Shown piece by piece: positions 57,658 through 64,000 of a stretch of DNA of 64,000 nucleotides. Under the pieces are notes generated by a model. It was not told the DNA's origin, searched no databases, and saw only the letters and a list, made by a program, of their open reading frames with translations. The stretch is from an uncultured virus (IMG/VR IMGVR_UViG_3300042350_002513) (lineage: Duplodnaviria; Heunggongvirae; Uroviricota; Caudoviricetes), in IMG/VR virus record IMGVR_UViG_3300042350_002513; one strand, given 5' to 3'. Made by a program: the position numbers and the translations under genes. Every line of letters begins with the position of its first letter. Position 1 is the first letter of the stretch.

Positions 57658-57915
57658 TTATGGTTCGTTGATGTATTGATTCCATTTATCAATAGCGTTT
57701 GTCAGAATGTATTCGTCAATCTCAGTGATAGAATCAGCATCAAACACTGATTTATCATAAGCAACGATACTGACATACTGTTGGCGAGTTTCGAGATCAT
57801 AATCAAATATCACTTCAACAGCAATATCAGAACCAAACACATTAATTTTGGAGTTACAAACACTGAGATTCCCTTTGTTTTTAAGGGTTCCGTTTACAAT
57901 AGGAATGAGATGCAT
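57658..57915 (-). CDS. Hypothetical protein
   Basis: 85 aa; terminator at 57611-57640. Confidence 0.7.
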   Translation of the reverse strand: MHLIPIVNGTLKNKGNLSVCNSKINVFGSDIAVEVIFDYDLETRQQYVSIVAYDKSVFDADSITEIDEYILTNAIDKWNQYINEP

Positions 57916-57923
57916 ATGATTTA

Positions 57924-58121
57924 TCAGAAGCGGCTGAGATGCAATTCGTACAATTCCTGAAAGTATAAATCAGTGATACTATCACACTCAGCTTCTGTTA
58001 AATCGCGATTCAATTGTTTATGAAAAGCGGAATCGACATAAGCATTGCAGCTACCGGGATTAATGATAATAACTTCCTCTAAATCACTAAACTTGATTGT
58101 GGTTTTTGTATTAGTACTCAT
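57924..58121 (-). CDS. Hypothetical protein
   Basis: Start MSTNTK after an A-rich leader; AYVDSA......R.LTE.E.D motif. Confidence 0.7.
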   Translation of the reverse strand: MSTNTKTTIKFSDLEEVIIINPGSCNAYVDSAFHKQLNRDLTEAECDSITDLYFQELYELHLSRF

Positions 58122-58215
58122 GTTGTGTTTATAAATAAGAACAGTCCGACACTGAAGCTTACCACGCCCACGGAAGGAGTAAACAGGTATTTTTGACCAA
58201 TTTTGATACCTAATC

Positions 58216-58256
58216 GATAGTTTTCCGTTTTGGGCTGCCCAGATCCAAAAACTATG
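58216..58256. repeat. 41-bp boundary element, copy 6
   Basis: GATAGTTTT CCGTTTT GGGCTGCCC AGATCCA AAAACTATG. Confidence 0.95.
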
Positions 58257-58327
58257 CCGAGAGCATAGGCGACAAACCCTGTCAAGCACTTTATTTGCAC
58301 TTTATTTGCGTCAAATTGGAATATTTT

Positions 58328-58355
58328 TTGACAACCGCCAGCGATCTGATAACTT
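58328..58355 (+). promoter_or_regulatory. sigma70-type promoter (leaderless)
   Basis: TTGACA-N16-TAACTT, ATG 9 nt downstream. Confidence 0.8.
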
Positions 58356-58364
58356 GTCCCCGTC

Positions 58365-58643
58365 ATGAATCAACACCAACACATCGACACCGCCAGCGAC
58401 CTCCGCGACCTCATCGCCATTGCGCCCACGGAGGAAACTCCCGTCGCCGAAGTCCCCACAACCCAAGTGCAAGTCAGTCAAGACATTTTTCTGGAAATGC
58501 GCGTCCAGCTTATGGCCTATCGCTCCGACGTTCGCTACTTCATGAACGGCATCATCGGCGAAGAAGAGAAGAAGAAAACCATTGACAAGTTGAACCAAGT
58601 CCTTGAAGACTCGGCTTGGGGAAAAGTCAAGATGATTTACTGA
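58365..58643 (+). CDS. Hypothetical protein
   Basis: 92 aa between a promoter and the CCCCGCTTCGGCGGGG terminator (58652-58671). Confidence 0.8.
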   Translation: MNQHQHIDTASDLRDLIAIAPTEETPVAEVPTTQVQVSQDIFLEMRVQLMAYRSDVRYFMNGIIGEEEKKKTIDKLNQVLEDSAWGKVKMIY

Positions 58644-58671
58644 AAAAACTCACCCCGCTTCGGCGGGGCTT

Positions 58672-58712
58672 CATAGTTTCCAGAACGGGGCACCCCAGAC
58701 GCAAAAACTATC
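58672..58712. repeat. 41-bp boundary element, copy 7
   Basis: CATAGTTTC CAGAACG GGGCACCCC AGACGCA AAAACTATC. Confidence 0.95.
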
Positions 58713-58789
58713 CCCTTCGCTCCCGCGAAGAAAAAGATTTTTGGTTTTTTATTTGACTCTTTCGGGCCAAAGTTTAATCTGTAGGGGTC

Positions 58790-58990
58790 ATGAGCAAAAC
58801 GATTGAATTTTACAACCGCGAAGTCTACGGCAACCTGCGCGAGTACGTTGCCAACGAAGGTGACGCAAACATCATTTACCGCTTGACGGGAAAGAAAACC
58901 ATCACTAGTGTGGAGCGCGAGTTGATTCGTGACCTCTCCGGTGGTCTGATTCATTTCAAACAAATTTTGCCCCCTTCGAAGTCGAAGTGA
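58790..58990 (+). CDS. Hypothetical protein
   Basis: 66 aa with VYG....Y.......I..LTGKKT motif; promoter TTGACT-N16-TAATCT at 58753-58780. Confidence 0.8.
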   Translation: MSKTIEFYNREVYGNLREYVANEGDANIIYRLTGKKTITSVERELIRDLSGGLIHFKQILPPSKSK

Positions 58991-59006
58991 GGGTGGGTTA
59001 AGGCAC

Positions 59007-59184
59007 AAGCGGCATGGTACGCAGGGAGACCCTGCGGCGGGTTAGTTGAACCTTTAGAAACACCGCTTTTTAGATTGGGTTCGCGTCAAATGGTACGCAG
59101 GGAGATCCTGCGGCAGGGTTTTTTCTAAGAGAATAAGACTTGTTCTCTTTTGGGTTTTGACCCTCATGAAACAGACGCGAATCC
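59007..59184 (+). ncRNA. Tandem pair of putative structured RNA elements
   Basis: Two copies of stem-AUGGUA-hairpin-GC-hairpin-NNNGAAACA-stem, with different but complementary outer stems. Confidence 0.6.
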
Positions 59185-59188
59185 TTTC

Positions 59189-59229
59189 GATAGTTTCGGG
59201 CAATGGGCACCCCCAACAAAAAAACTATG
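59189..59229. repeat. 41-bp boundary element, copy 8
   Basis: GATAGTTTC GGGCAAT GGGCACCCC CAACAAA AAAACTATG. Confidence 0.95.
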
Positions 59230-59246
59230 AAAAACGATTTTTCTTT

Positions 59247-59275
59247 TTGACAATCAACGCCGATTCCATTAACTT
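59247..59275 (+). promoter_or_regulatory. sigma70-type promoter (leaderless)
   Basis: TTGACA-N17-TAACTT, ATG 7 nt downstream. Confidence 0.8.
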
Positions 59276-59282
59276 GTCCCCG

Positions 59283-59588
59283 ATGAAATTAATGACGAAA
59301 CAACTCACTGAAAAACTCAAAAAGGCCGGTTCTGACGGCATGGTCCCCATTTGTAAGCTTTTCACCCCGTGGGGTGCCGTTACTTGGTTGATCACTGGGA
59401 TCGAAGGTGGCATCCTTTACGGGTTCGCTGACTTGGGCATGGGTTGCGTTGAATGGGGCGGGATCGCTTCCGTGGAAGAATTGGAAGCAATCAAGGGACC
59501 GCTTGGAATGACCATTGAGCGTGACTTGTACTGGCAACCCAAGGAAGGCGTGAATTACTTTGAACTTGAAACCCTCGCGGCTGTTTAA
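59283..59588 (+). CDS. DUF2958-like protein
   Basis: KLFTPWG..TW.I......L.G..DLG.G..E.G..S..EL....G..G..IERDLYW. Confidence 0.8.
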   Translation: MKLMTKQLTEKLKKAGSDGMVPICKLFTPWGAVTWLITGIEGGILYGFADLGMGCVEWGGIASVEELEAIKGPLGMTIERDLYWQPKEGVNYFELETLAAV

Positions 59589-59590
59589 TT

Positions 59591-59773
59591 ATGAGAGAAT
59601 CTGTTTATGCTGCCGAGTGTTGGGCTACTGATAAATCAAAAGAAGAAATCCAATCAGAAATCAATTACTTACAAAACCTTTGGAAGATTAAACACCCAAA
59701 CCCTTTCCCTAAAAACGCACACTATAGTCACATCAGGATTGTAACACTAAAAGAAATCCTTAAGAATAAATAA
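59591..59773 (+). CDS. Hypothetical protein
   Basis: 60 aa in a tightly packed operon. Confidence 0.65.
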   Translation: MRESVYAAECWATDKSKEEIQSEINYLQNLWKIKHPNPFPKNAHYSHIRIVTLKEILKNK

Positions 59774-59775
59774 AT

Positions 59776-59979
59776 ATGAATCCAAACTATAGACAACTCG
59801 CTGAACGTGAAAAACATTTAATCCCAAAAGAGTTCTGGGATATGATGGAATCACAAGCTTGGGAGCGTGGACATTCAAGTGGACAACAGGAAGTCGATTT
59901 ACTACTGATGAATCTAGTGAATGATTTTGTTGACGCTACTATCAAATACACTATAAGAACTGGTAAGACGCTTGTTTAA
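59776..59979 (+). CDS. Hypothetical protein
   Basis: 67 aa with AWERGHSSG..EV motif. Confidence 0.75.
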   Translation: MNPNYRQLAEREKHLIPKEFWDMMESQAWERGHSSGQQEVDLLLMNLVNDFVDATIKYTIRTGKTLV

Positions 59980-59983
59980 TAAT

Positions 59984-60109
59984 ATGTCAATCGACGAAAT
60001 TCTTTTTAATTACAACAAAGCATACGATAAACTAGTTCATTGCGCCGAAAATGAATATGAAGTAGCAGAAAAGAAATTGCAATATTGGCGGCATTTATTT
60101 TTCAGATAA
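59984..60109 (+). CDS. Small hypothetical protein (41 aa)
   Basis: Hand-translated MSIDEILFNYNKAYDKL...HLFFR; fills the operon gap exactly. Confidence 0.6.
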   Translation: MSIDEILFNYNKAYDKLVHCAENEYEVAEKKLQYWRHLFFR

Positions 60110-60110
60110 T

Positions 60111-60305
60111 ATGAAAGCTCTCACACTTCAACAGATACAAGCTAACTTAAAAGAATGGATGGGTGATAGTATAAAGCCCGATACCAGAAGCGGAAAACTT
60201 GCAGAGCGTACTTACATAAAGGCTCTTTTAGATACAGGCGCAACTGTTCCGCCGATTTGCATTATACTACTACAGAGTGGACGTAGTATTGTAAACTTCA
60301 AATAA
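60111..60305 (+). CDS. Hypothetical protein
   Basis: 64 aa ending PP...I...SGRSI; terminator at 60311-60332. Confidence 0.7.
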   Translation: MKALTLQQIQANLKEWMGDSIKPDTRSGKLAERTYIKALLDTGATVPPICIILLQSGRSIVNFK

Positions 60306-60332
60306 ATAGTAACCCCGCCCCGGCGGGGCTTT

Positions 60333-60373
60333 CATAGTTTCCGAAATTGGCCTCCCCGAATCAAAAAACTATC
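60333..60373. repeat. 41-bp boundary element, copy 9
   Basis: CATAGTTTC CGAAATT GGCCTCCCC GAATCAA AAAACTATC. Confidence 0.95.
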
Positions 60374-60390
60374 AAATCGAAAAAAAATCT

Positions 60391-60418
60391 TTGACACTCT
60401 CCAAGAATCTGATATTTT
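60391..60418 (+). promoter_or_regulatory. sigma70-type promoter (leaderless)
   Basis: TTGACA-N16-TATTTT, ATG 7 nt downstream. Confidence 0.75.
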
Positions 60419-60425
60419 CTCTCAC

Positions 60426-60818
60426 ATGAACAAAATCACTTTGTCTCTATTTGTCGTCGCCCTTGTAACCCTTGGGTTTTCCCGCCGCAACCACGGCACG
60501 AAGGAAGACTTGTTTCGCGCAATGGCCCAAGTTGAATCTTCAGGCAATCCCAAGGCAATCAACGCCAAGGAAACTGCCCTTGGAATTTACCAAATCCGCC
60601 CCATGTATTTTCTTGACGCTGGAGTCAAGGGGGCGCATAGTCAGGTGTATGACCCTGCGGTCGCCCGTAAGGTCTGTGAGCGTTACTTTATGCGATATGA
60701 GCCTAAAGCTTTTGCCAATAATGACATAGAGACTTTGGCTCGCTTGCATAATGGCGGTCCTAATTGGCGCAAAAAAGATACTGATAAATACTGGAATAAA
60801 ATCAAAAAACACTTGTAA
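60426..60818 (+). CDS. Lysozyme-like protein (destabilase/transglycosylase type) with N-terminal hydrophobic segment
   Basis: VESSG...G.YQI...Y..DA...ARLHNGGP...T.KYW. Confidence 0.8.
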   Translation: MNKITLSLFVVALVTLGFSRRNHGTKEDLFRAMAQVESSGNPKAINAKETALGIYQIRPMYFLDAGVKGAHSQVYDPAVARKVCERYFMRYEPKAFANNDIETLARLHNGGPNWRKKDTDKYWNKIKKHL

Positions 60819-60822
60819 TAAT

Positions 60823-60924
60823 ATGAGCAACAAAACCTTTGATAGAATCATAAATACTGTAATTACATTACTCGTCATTGCTACTGTTGTTAGTGTTACT
60901 GTGGTTTACAATATTATCTTTTAA
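60823..60924 (+). CDS. Small membrane peptide (33 aa)
   Basis: Hand-translated MSNKTFDRIINTVITLLVIATVVSVTVVYNIIF. Confidence 0.55.
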   Translation: MSNKTFDRIINTVITLLVIATVVSVTVVYNIIF

Positions 60925-60928
60925 TAAT

Positions 60929-61210
60929 ATGGAACTCACTTTTCTTTCTGACCCCGGCCACGGTTGGCTTCGCGTTCCTCATAAATTGCTTGAAGACTGG
61001 AATATTGATATCTTAATATCAGAGTATAGTTATAGAACAAGAGACTTTGCTTACTTAGAGGAAGACTGTGATGCTTCTATCTTCATTGACGAAGCCAAGA
61101 AAAGGAATTACAAATATTCTATTCACTATAAGTTGATTAAAGACTTCGATTACTATCTCAAAAGCGTTGGCAATTACTATAGATTCAACAATAACCTAAG
61201 AACAGCATGA
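60929..61210 (+). CDS. Conserved phage protein (DPGHGWL...YLEEDCD family)
   Basis: SDPGHGWL.V...IS.YSY.....YLEEDCDA..F motif. Confidence 0.8.
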   Translation: MELTFLSDPGHGWLRVPHKLLEDWNIDILISEYSYRTRDFAYLEEDCDASIFIDEAKKRNYKYSIHYKLIKDFDYYLKSVGNYYRFNNNLRTA

Positions 61211-61395
61211 GTGCAGAATTAAAAATAACAATACAAGAAGTAGTAGAACTCCGTGTAGCACTAAATAACGCAGAACGCCGTATCAAAGAGCTAATGGCGT
61301 TAAAGCATGAAGACTGGCATAAATTGTATCATTTAGATATTGATTCAATAGAAAAAGGGAAACAAGCCCTTAAAACTATTATACAAAGAGATTAA
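61207..61395 (+). CDS. Hypothetical protein
   Basis: 62 aa, ATGA overlap with the previous gene; terminator at 61401-61422. Confidence 0.7.
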   Translation: MSAELKITIQEVVELRVALNNAERRIKELMALKHEDWHKLYHLDIDSIEKGKQALKTIIQRD

Positions 61396-61422
61396 ATCAC
61401 AACCCCGCTTCGGCGGGGTTTT

Positions 61423-61463
61423 CATAGTTTCTGGAATCGGGCACCCCGAAGGAAAAAACTATC
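61423..61463. repeat. 41-bp boundary element, copy 10
   Basis: CATAGTTTC TGGAATC GGGCACCCC GAAGGAA AAAACTATC. Confidence 0.95.
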
Positions 61464-61526
61464 CCTTGCAAGAAAAGTGATCATTTCCATTGACGCTTTC
61501 CCTTTCAAGGGCTACTGTTGGGGCGT

Positions 61527-62402
61527 ATGAATAACACAGTTAAAAACGCTATCCGCCACCTCGTTTGCAAAGCCTATGACGCTTTCGCGCAAAACAAAAT
61601 AGACATTAGTGTCATATCACTCCCCGGTTCTTCGTGGGAGTTTGAGAAATACGTTGTTAATCACAGAGACTATTCTAATACGTTTACTACAAACGGATAT
61701 GGTCTTGAAATGTCACTGTTTGAATGTGACAGCAGTGAGTATCAGAGCAACTTGCGCCCAGTTGCTGCTATCTTTCCGCATAACAAGACTAGCGCATACA
61801 TGCTTTCTTGTTCTAATATTACTTATCGTAATGAATACATAAACGCTGATAGTGTTAATAAACTCAAATCCAAAAACATTTTCGCATGGTTTGATTTCTG
61901 CGGTAATCCTACTACACAAAATCTTGATTTAATTAATACCGCTAAGGGCAAGACTGCTACTTTTGTTTTTACTTTCAATACGCACTGGCGTTCTGTCAGT
62001 AATCTTAGCCCTGAGATTCTTGAAGTTGCTAATCAATACAACAAAGGATATGCCATTCAATGCTACTTGCTGCGATTGGCTATTGATTTAGGTTTGTCAC
62101 TGATTTGGTCTTTTGAGTATGTGTCAAATAATAATCCCATGATGACTATCTGTGTCAGTAATGACATTAATGTTATCACAAATCGTCCTTTGCAGGTTAA
62201 GGACTTCATCACTCACGAAAAGAAAGACAAAAAGATCAATCTTAATAAGACTAAATTGGTTCTCAATAAACGCGAATTGAGTGCCGTCTATGCGGATTTG
62301 AAAGAGCGTGTTAGTGATAGTGAAATCTGTAACAAACACAATATTAGTACAGGCACACTTGCGGCTTGTAAGGCTTGGATGACTATGTGGAAAGCTTGGT
62401 AA
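61527..62402 (+). CDS. Rossmann/methyltransferase-like protein with C-terminal HTH
   Basis: ISLPG..W.FE...LFE.D...FAWFDFCG resembles class I SAM-MTase motifs; promoter TTGACG-N17-TACTGT; terminator at 62418-62440. Confidence 0.55.
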   Translation: MNNTVKNAIRHLVCKAYDAFAQNKIDISVISLPGSSWEFEKYVVNHRDYSNTFTTNGYGLEMSLFECDSSEYQSNLRPVAAIFPHNKTSAYMLSCSNITYRNEYINADSVNKLKSKNIFAWFDFCGNPTTQNLDLINTAKGKTATFVFTFNTHWRSVSNLSPEILEVANQYNKGYAIQCYLLRLAIDLGLSLIWSFEYVSNNNPMMTICVSNDINVITNRPLQVKDFITHEKKDKKINLNKTKLVLNKRELSAVYADLKERVSDSEICNKHNISTGTLAACKAWMTMWKAW

Positions 62403-62439
62403 TACAATAGCATTATCACCCCGCCTTCGGGCGGGGTTT

Positions 62440-62480
62440 TATAGTTTCCAGATCCGGGCACCCCGAATCCAAAAACTATG
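62440..62480. repeat. 41-bp boundary element, copy 11
   Basis: TATAGTTTC CAGATCC GGGCACCCC GAATCCA AAAACTATG. Confidence 0.95.
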
Positions 62481-62535
62481 CGAAAAACCCCCTAGTGTTA
62501 AACACTAGAGGGTGCTTTATTTGTTATTTGTTGCT

Positions 62536-62730
62536 TTATTCTTTAATATTTTCTTTCTTATCAACAAGCCTATAGACTTTGAAACGAATATTATTAAGGT
62601 CTTTTCTAATACTCGCTAATTCGGCGCGAATCTTTTCGCGTCTGTTTAACAATAGCCTTGCAGACTTTTTCATCTGCTTAAGGTTATTGATTTTAGTTTG
62701 CAACTTAGTTATCTGCTTTTCTTGTGTCAT
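62536..62730 (-). CDS. Basic coiled-coil hypothetical protein
   Basis: 64 aa; terminator at 62483-62513. Confidence 0.65.
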   Translation of the reverse strand: MTQEKQITKLQTKINNLKQMKKSARLLLNRREKIRAELASIRKDLNNIRFKVYRLVDKKENIKE

Positions 62731-62794
62731 TTTCTTTTATTGTTTTCTGTTATTATACCTATAACTAATACTATTACAAGTATTGCTATAATCA

Positions 62795-63427
62795 TTAGTG
62801 CAATTTGTAACTAACGTTTTTAACTGATTTATCCCAACAGGCGCGGCAATTGAGACATTTATTATCTTGATTGGAGGCAGGACAATTGAATGTTTTATCT
62901 TTTGACACACCAGAAGTCGTTAATCCTAATATCTTAGCAATACCAGTAGGCGCATTGCCGTTTATCATTAGGGAAGAAAGGCGAATAGTGAGATTGGAAG
63001 GAATATCACCAAATTGTTTCTTGTATTGAGTAACAAATGAATATTCCCTAGTGGGTAACCAGAATTTAATACTAGGAAGATTGATAGCAATCTGACAAAT
63101 CTTTCTCAAATGCTCCACAGATTGAATATCTCCACTATCATGCCACCGGAAATAGCCACTAGTTTCTTTTCCAGCAATAGCAATAGTCATAGCGTCAACC
63201 CACTCGGGTTTGTTAATAGAGTCAAATCGTTTTTGTAAAGCGTTTCTGACATTGGGCATGTTATAGAAACCTTTTAATGCATAACACTTAGAACAAACAC
63301 TATTCTTAATAGACACTAATTTTCCGCCCGTTTTACAATACTTTGCCGGGATTGAATAGGAGCGGCACGGCATTTTTGAGGGCGCAGAGAGTCCACCAAC
63401 GAGGTCAAGGGCAAGGTCAAGATTCAT
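62795..63427 (-). CDS. GP88-family (radical-SAM-like, Cys-rich) protein
   Basis: LS.PSKMP..SYSIPA..C..G......SVC..CYA.KG.Y, FRWHDSGD, FWLPTRE, CPA......C..CRACW; start 63427 or 63430. Confidence 0.8.
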   Translation of the reverse strand: MNLDLALDLVGGLSAPSKMPCRSYSIPAKYCKTGGKLVSIKNSVCSKCYALKGFYNMPNVRNALQKRFDSINKPEWVDAMTIAIAGKETSGYFRWHDSGDIQSVEHLRKICQIAINLPSIKFWLPTREYSFVTQYKKQFGDIPSNLTIRLSSLMINGNAPTGIAKILGLTTSGVSKDKTFNCPASNQDNKCLNCRACWDKSVKNVSYKLH

Positions 63428-63482
63428 CATGGAAAGGTTAACGCAAAGGGCAAACCAGCGCAACACTTTTGTTGCGTTTTTC

Positions 63483-63523
63483 AATAGTTTTTCGCGCCGG
63501 GGTGTCCAGTTTCAAAAACTATC
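63483..63523. repeat. 41-bp boundary element, copy 12 (core inverted)
   Basis: AATAGTTTT TCGCGCC GGGGTGTCC AGTTTCA AAAACTATC. Confidence 0.9.
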
Positions 63524-63603
63524 AAAATGTAATAATAAACCCCAATCTATCAAATCGGGGCTTATTTGACTTATTTGCGGTTAATGTTTTTAATATTTGA
63601 AGC

Positions 63604-63867
63604 TTAATGAAAGAAAATTCTTGACTCGTCTTTGAATGTTTTCTCTTTGCCAGTTTCGTCCCATTCGATACCGTATGTCAAACCTTCTTCGACATGATGT
63701 TTATGTAAATAATTGAAACCCTTGTATTGCTTTGCTTCCATCAGCAGGTCCGTCACGAAGAACTGGAGAGTTCTGCGTTGAATGATCGCTTCGTTTTTGC
63801 TGGTGCAAAAGAAGTGATTGGCTTTCAGTTTGACTGATTCAAGGCTAACCGTTTTACGTTTTGTCAT
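63604..63867 (-). CDS. Hypothetical protein
   Basis: 87 aa with Y.GFNYL motif; promoter TTGCAA-N16-TACTAT 7 nt upstream. Confidence 0.8.
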   Translation of the reverse strand: MTKRKTVSLESVKLKANHFFCTSKNEAIIQRRTLQFFVTDLLMEAKQYKGFNYLHKHHVEEGLTYGIEWDETGKEKTFKDESRIFFH

Positions 63868-63910
63868 CGGGGAAATAGTAATTCATGGGCATGAGATTGC
63901 AAGGGTTTTT

Positions 63911-63951
63911 CATAGTTTTTTTATTCTGGCACCCCAGACCCGAAAACTATC
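63911..63951. repeat. 41-bp boundary element, copy 13
   Basis: CATAGTTTT TTTATTC TGGCACCCC AGACCCG AAAACTATC. Confidence 0.95.
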
Positions 63952-64000
63952 GTGGGCAGCGAAAAGGGGCACCCCGTAGGATGCCCCGTGCTGCTTCTAT

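Noticed and set aside
59007..59184. Hammerhead ribozyme or tRNA
   Set aside because: GUA and GAAAC are present but the CUGANGA core is missing; no cloverleaf or TTCGA T-loop
54074..59537. Overlapping alternative ORFs in GC-rich patches (54074, 54619, 54718, 55934, 57075-57375, 58295, 58311, 58637, 59225)
   Set aside because: They arise from scarce stop codons in GC-rich DNA, run across regulatory repeats, and conflict with the promoter-gene-terminator layout
63886..63902. Additional sigma54 box TGGGCATGAGATTGC
   Set aside because: Register does not fit TGGCAC with GG-N10-GC spacing; better explained as the TTGCAA -35 region of the 63867 promoter
54819..63951. 41-bp repeats as a CRISPR array
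   Set aside because: Copies are degenerate and separated by 0.4-1.1 kb of genes rather than 30-40 bp spacers; no cas genes in the window
54819..63951. 41-bp repeats as classical integron attC sites
   Set aside because: No RYYYAAC/GTTRRRY ends, internal 7-mers mostly do not pair, cassettes have their own promoters and both orientations, and no integrase is visible

Overview
A 64-kb segment of a large, AT-rich tailed-phage genome in the standard genetic code, with two very different parts. Bases 1-53.8k hold a mostly minus-strand morphogenesis region: tape measure protein (runs off the left end), tail chaperones, three tail-tube-like paralogues, head-tail connectors, Ig/LamG proteins, two giant fibre-like proteins, major capsid, decoration protein, protease-scaffold, portal, TerL, an ERCC4 nuclease, a sigma factor, PhoH and an HNH-like nuclease. 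After a G/C-run junction at about 53.9-54.1 kb the genome becomes an array of small self-contained transcription units in both orientations. Main unexplained signals: (1) thirteen copies of a strictly 41-bp tripartite element (NATAGTTTY-N7-GGGCACCCC-N7-RAAACTATN) separate every unit from the next, like a gene-cassette array; (2) the tape measure protein looks like a polyprotein, with five G[FYH]IPNF motifs delimiting nuclease-like, GHKL-ATPase/zincin and kinase-like domains; (3) six sigma54-type -24/-12 boxes are packed as three head-to-head palindromes; (4) a tandem pair of structured three-way-junction RNAs; (5) sigma70 promoters that predict leaderless mRNAs, with GC-rich sequence just downstream. 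All family assignments come from recognising motifs by eye; no searches were run.
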